NCBI GenBank assembly: GCA_013239625.1
Contig: MU053645.1
Coordinates: 860,274 to 924,273, forward strand
Direction: 5' to 3'
Length of the DNA: 64,000 nt
DNA from: Lama guanicoe
Taxonomy: Eukaryota
Part shown: positions 60,381 to 64,000 of the stretch, piece after piece
Position numbering within the stretch: position 1 is the first letter of the stretch
Layout of the letters: every line of letters begins with the position of its first letter
Made by a program: the position numbers and the translations under genes
The notes under the pieces: generated by a model
The model's input: only the letters and a program-made list of their open reading frames with translations
Databases searched by the model: none
What the model was told of the DNA's origin: nothing

Positions 60381-61249
60381 TCTTTAAAAGATCAAGGGAT
60401 GACTACAGGCAGAAGTTGACCTAGAACTCATTTATAGAAGCACAGGAACTGTCATCCCCATTAAGACCACATAAGATAGAGGAGTGTTCTTTGCTGCTGT
60501 GCAGACTAACAGCCACTTGTTTCACCTCACAGAGTTGATCTCCCTCTATTAGTAAAGGCTCCCTTTGAAGGACTTTGCATGGCTTACTCCATATGTTTAT
60601 TCTAATATTTCTAAATTCATTCTATTATTTCCATTGCACCCTCTCTGGTTTCTTTAAGCATAACTTCATTATTTTTAGTTACAGCCCCTTTGTACCTTTT
60701 ACAAAGCTAAATAAATTTTTCCTCTTGCTAATGTATGCACAGATGGAGACATTTATAGATCTTTAGATCTCCCTCTAAGCCAAGTTCTATGTATTTTATT
60801 CTTTTTAACCATCTTTATAAATTACTCACTCTCATTCCTTAAACCAAGGAGATCCCATTTCCTCATATTATCAAAATATGGCATTTTCCCTTGATATGAC
60901 ATTGTAGTTTATAGGCTTAGATCTTATCTTATATTCCCTCTCTGTCTTTTTCAATCTGCTACTTTAGTTAAGTAAGAAGTGTATTGAGAATGATAAATTT
61001 CAAAGGGCACATTCCTGTAGGCACGCAAAATGCAGACAGAAGGCAGAAGTGCAAAGAAGGAACAAGAAGTTAATGCAAGATGTAGATAATTAACCTTCCA
61101 GCACCAGGAGACAGGATACTGAAGGTTCAGTCACTAATCATGTACCTAGAAAAGATTCTATAACCACTATGCTCTTCCACCATAGTGGTATGATGAGACA
61201 CCAAACACCATGCATGCTTCCTTTGCCCCAGTGCCCTGCAGTCTAAGAT

Positions 61250-62068
61250 TTAAAGGTCAGAAGAGTGAGAATGACTAGATAACAAACTAGGAGAAAAACC
61301 AGCACAGTGTAATGTCAAACAATTCAGGAGAACGAGTGGTTCAAGAAGAGATGATTAGTAGGATCAGGTTCAACTGAGATGTTGAGTAAGATGAAGACAG
61401 AGAAGTTATCAGTGGATTTTACAACAAGGTGGTCACTGGTGACTTCACCAAAGCTGTTTCAGTTGGTTGGAATGCACAGAGGACAGACTGGAGTGGACTG
61501 AATAGCAGAAATGTGGGCATGATGCTGTGGTTGTGTCCTGGCCAGAGGAGCAGGTTTTGGGCAATTGCTGAGGGATCAAGTGCATTTTTAAAAGATTAAA
61601 AAACACTAATTTCTCTGTATCATGGTCATGCTTTCCCACAGCATACTTGAATAGTTTTTCACTATATTCTTAACCATCACGACAGCATAATATTTTTGGA
61701 GAATTGGCCAGAAGGGGAAAGACTGTTCCCCTTGCTCCACTCCTAGATGTGTTCAAAAGCCAATTAGAGATGTAGAAATGGAGTTAATGGCTGTGAAGAC
61801 CTCTTTCAAGTTCTTCCATGAAAGGAAGTAGAGAAACGGGGCAGTAGATAAGGGAGAACTGGGGACTGATGAGTTTCATTTGCTTATTTTATTTAAGACA
61901 GGTGAGAGTAGAGCATGTTTGAATGCCATTGGAAATGTTTCAGTAAAGTGAGAGAGATTAAGGTGATGGGATTCAGAGCACAAGTGGCAGGACTAGCCTT
62001 TGCCAGGAGATTGAACTCTTCAGCCGCTGTAATATGAGGGAAAGCAGAGTATGGACATGGATTCAGGG
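61250..62068 (-). mobile_element. LINE-2 internal fragment, interrupted at ~61520-61760 by an unidentified insert
   Basis: gagtaagatgaagacagagaag...gtggattttacaacaaggtggtcactggtgacttcaccaaagctgtttcagt; resumes aaaggaagtagagaaacggggcagtag...agagcatgtttgaatgcc...ggattcagagcacaagtgg. Confidence 0.75.
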
Positions 62069-62764
62069 ACAAATATCCTTTAGAGGGCCGCTAGGAAGAC
62101 TTCAGTGAGATAATAAATCTGTATCTCCTGGTCTACTGATTGGCACATGGAAGGTGCCTGATGAATACTCCTTCCCCTGCCCATTACTCAACCTGCCATC
62201 TCATACTCTGTTGTATTCAGATCACACTTCTGAGTCTGGATTTCCTGGCCCCCTGTAATTACCCGAACCTTTCTCTCCCCACCTCCACCACTGACAAGAA
62301 TTCTTCACTCTATTAAGACCAGTCTTCCATCAGCCACACCTACTTTGCTCAGTCCTCTGCCACAAGTCACTACCACACTACACCTCAATTTCCCTGTAGC
62401 CTTTTTCAAGTAATATCACCATCTTTCCCACAATTTCTCTCTTTTTCCTTTAAATCCAACTATCAGTTTTGATATTTAAATAATGAGCATCGTCCCATGA
62501 AGTTCCTATCCAACCTTCTCCAGTCACTCTCCAGTACTTGTGCATTTCCTTTCCTCTTGTAAATTTTTCCTATTCCTTTTATCTTCTTGGAAATTATCAA
62601 GCAATATACATCAGCAAAATTGTACATATTAATATCCACAAAAGAATGACACCATCTTCCAGATTACTGTGCTTCCCCAAAGCACATGCAAACTGGTGAG
62701 TTAGGATGGAGTTTCTCCTATCTCTGACACGTCTCTATGGTGAAGATAAAATGTAGTCATTCTG

Positions 62765-63272
62765 GGTTTTTTTTTTCAGCTTTATTGATATATAATTGAC
62801 ACACAACATTTTATCAGTTTAAGGTGTACAATGTGATGATTTTATACACATGCATATACTGTGAAATGCTTACCACAGTAAAGTTAGTTAACACTTCCTT
62901 CACTTCATGTATTTACTCTTTTGTTGCTGTTGGTTACGGTGAGAACATTAAAACTCTACTCTCATAGCAACTTTCAAGTATACAACACAGTATTTTTAAC
63001 TGAAGTCACCATGATCTTAGATTCCTGGAACTGATTCATCCTATAATTAAAAGTTTGTACCCAACATCTTCCCATTACCCCCACTCCTTCTAGCCCCTGG
63101 CAATCACAATTCTACTCTCTGTTCCTATGAGTTCAATGTTTTTAGATTCCACATAAAAATGAGATCATATAGTGCCTTTCTCTAATTTATTTCACTTAGC
63201 ATAATGCCCTCCAAGTCATCCATGCTATCACAAATGACAGGATTCCTTCTTTTTATGCCTGAATAATATTCC

Positions 63273-63314
<42 letters not shown>

Positions 63315-63741
63315 CACACATACATACATACATATCACATTTCCTTTGTCCATCATCCACTGATGGACACTTAGGTTGTTTCCATTCCTTTGCTATTATA
63401 AATAATGCAGGAAGGAACACGTGAGTGAAGCTATCTCTTTGCAATAGTGATTTCATTTTCTTTAGATATATACTCAGAAGTGGGATTGCTGGATCATATA
63501 ATAGTTCTATTTTTAAATTTTTTGTGGAACCTCCATACTGTTTTCCATAGTGGCTGTATCAATTTACATTCCCCCAAACAGTGCACAAATATTCCCTTTC
63601 TCTACACCCTTGCTAGCACTTGTTACCTCTTGTCTATTTGATGACAGCCATTCTGCCAGGTGTGAGGTGATAGCTCATGTGGTTCTGGTTCCCTGATGAT
63701 TAGTGATGTTGAACACCTTTTCTTGTATGTACTGGCCATTG
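62765..63741 (-). mobile_element. L1 (L1MA-like) 3' end, ~1 kb
   Basis: Poly(T) then cagctttattgatatataattgac; ORF track ALFIIAKEWKQPKCPSVD. Degenerate TSD aaaatgtagtcattctg (62748-62764) / aaaatgtaggaattttg (63742-63758). Confidence 0.93.
63275..63311. repeat. (TG)n microsatellite within L1
   Basis: About 18 TG units. Confidence 0.97.
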
Positions 63742-64000
63742 AAAATGTAGGAATTTTGAATAAAATGTCTCATCATTTTAGACATGCATGGACCTTCATT
63801 TTTCTCCCTTTAGATAATATATTATTATCATGCTCAGCTGTAACAGCTCCAAAAGCACAATCATGACCAATTTATGTGAATAAGTATTGAGAGTTCAAAT
63901 TCATGCTATAAAAGTATTATTGTCTGTCACATTAATTAGGTTTCAGGAATCCTTCAACATGTGGGTTCTTGACACCAACCGACCCTTCAGGTGGACTATG

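Noticed and set aside
1..64000. CRISPR arrays, operons or other prokaryotic/viral defence systems
   Set aside because: The sequence is mammalian repeat-rich DNA with no regularly spaced repeats and no long intact ORFs.

Overview
This is 64 kb of AT-rich, CpG-depleted mammalian non-coding DNA. It is most likely camelid (camel/alpaca/llama), based on a Vic-1-type tRNA-derived SINE at ~57 kb and the L1 3' ends. I can find no confidently recognisable cellular protein-coding exon, tRNA, rRNA or known ncRNA gene. The only ORF-track peptides with recognisable homology are decayed LINE-1 ORF1/ORF2 fragments. Repeats include a 5.3-kb 5'-truncated L1, two L1s with 5' inversions, several short L1 3' ends with target-site duplications, HAL1, L2, MIR, solo LTRs (MER21-like, MLT1-like, one with a 5-bp TSD), hAT MITEs (MER3/MER33/MER81/MER112/MER5-like) and microsatellites. 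Repeat-poor unique stretches lie at roughly 1.6-4, 5-7.5, 9.5-12, 42-50 and 52-57 kb. Most L1s are on the minus strand, consistent with (not proof of) a large intron of a plus-strand gene. I found no convincing new biological system. The best leads are a non-canonical hammerhead-ribozyme-like motif (46.0 kb, minus), candidate frame-preserving exons (17.9 kb, 37.9 kb), a templated insertion inside L1 ORF2, a chimeric L1 3' end, and short L1 3' transductions. Repeat family names come from recalled consensus similarity, not a database search, and boundaries without TSDs are approximate.
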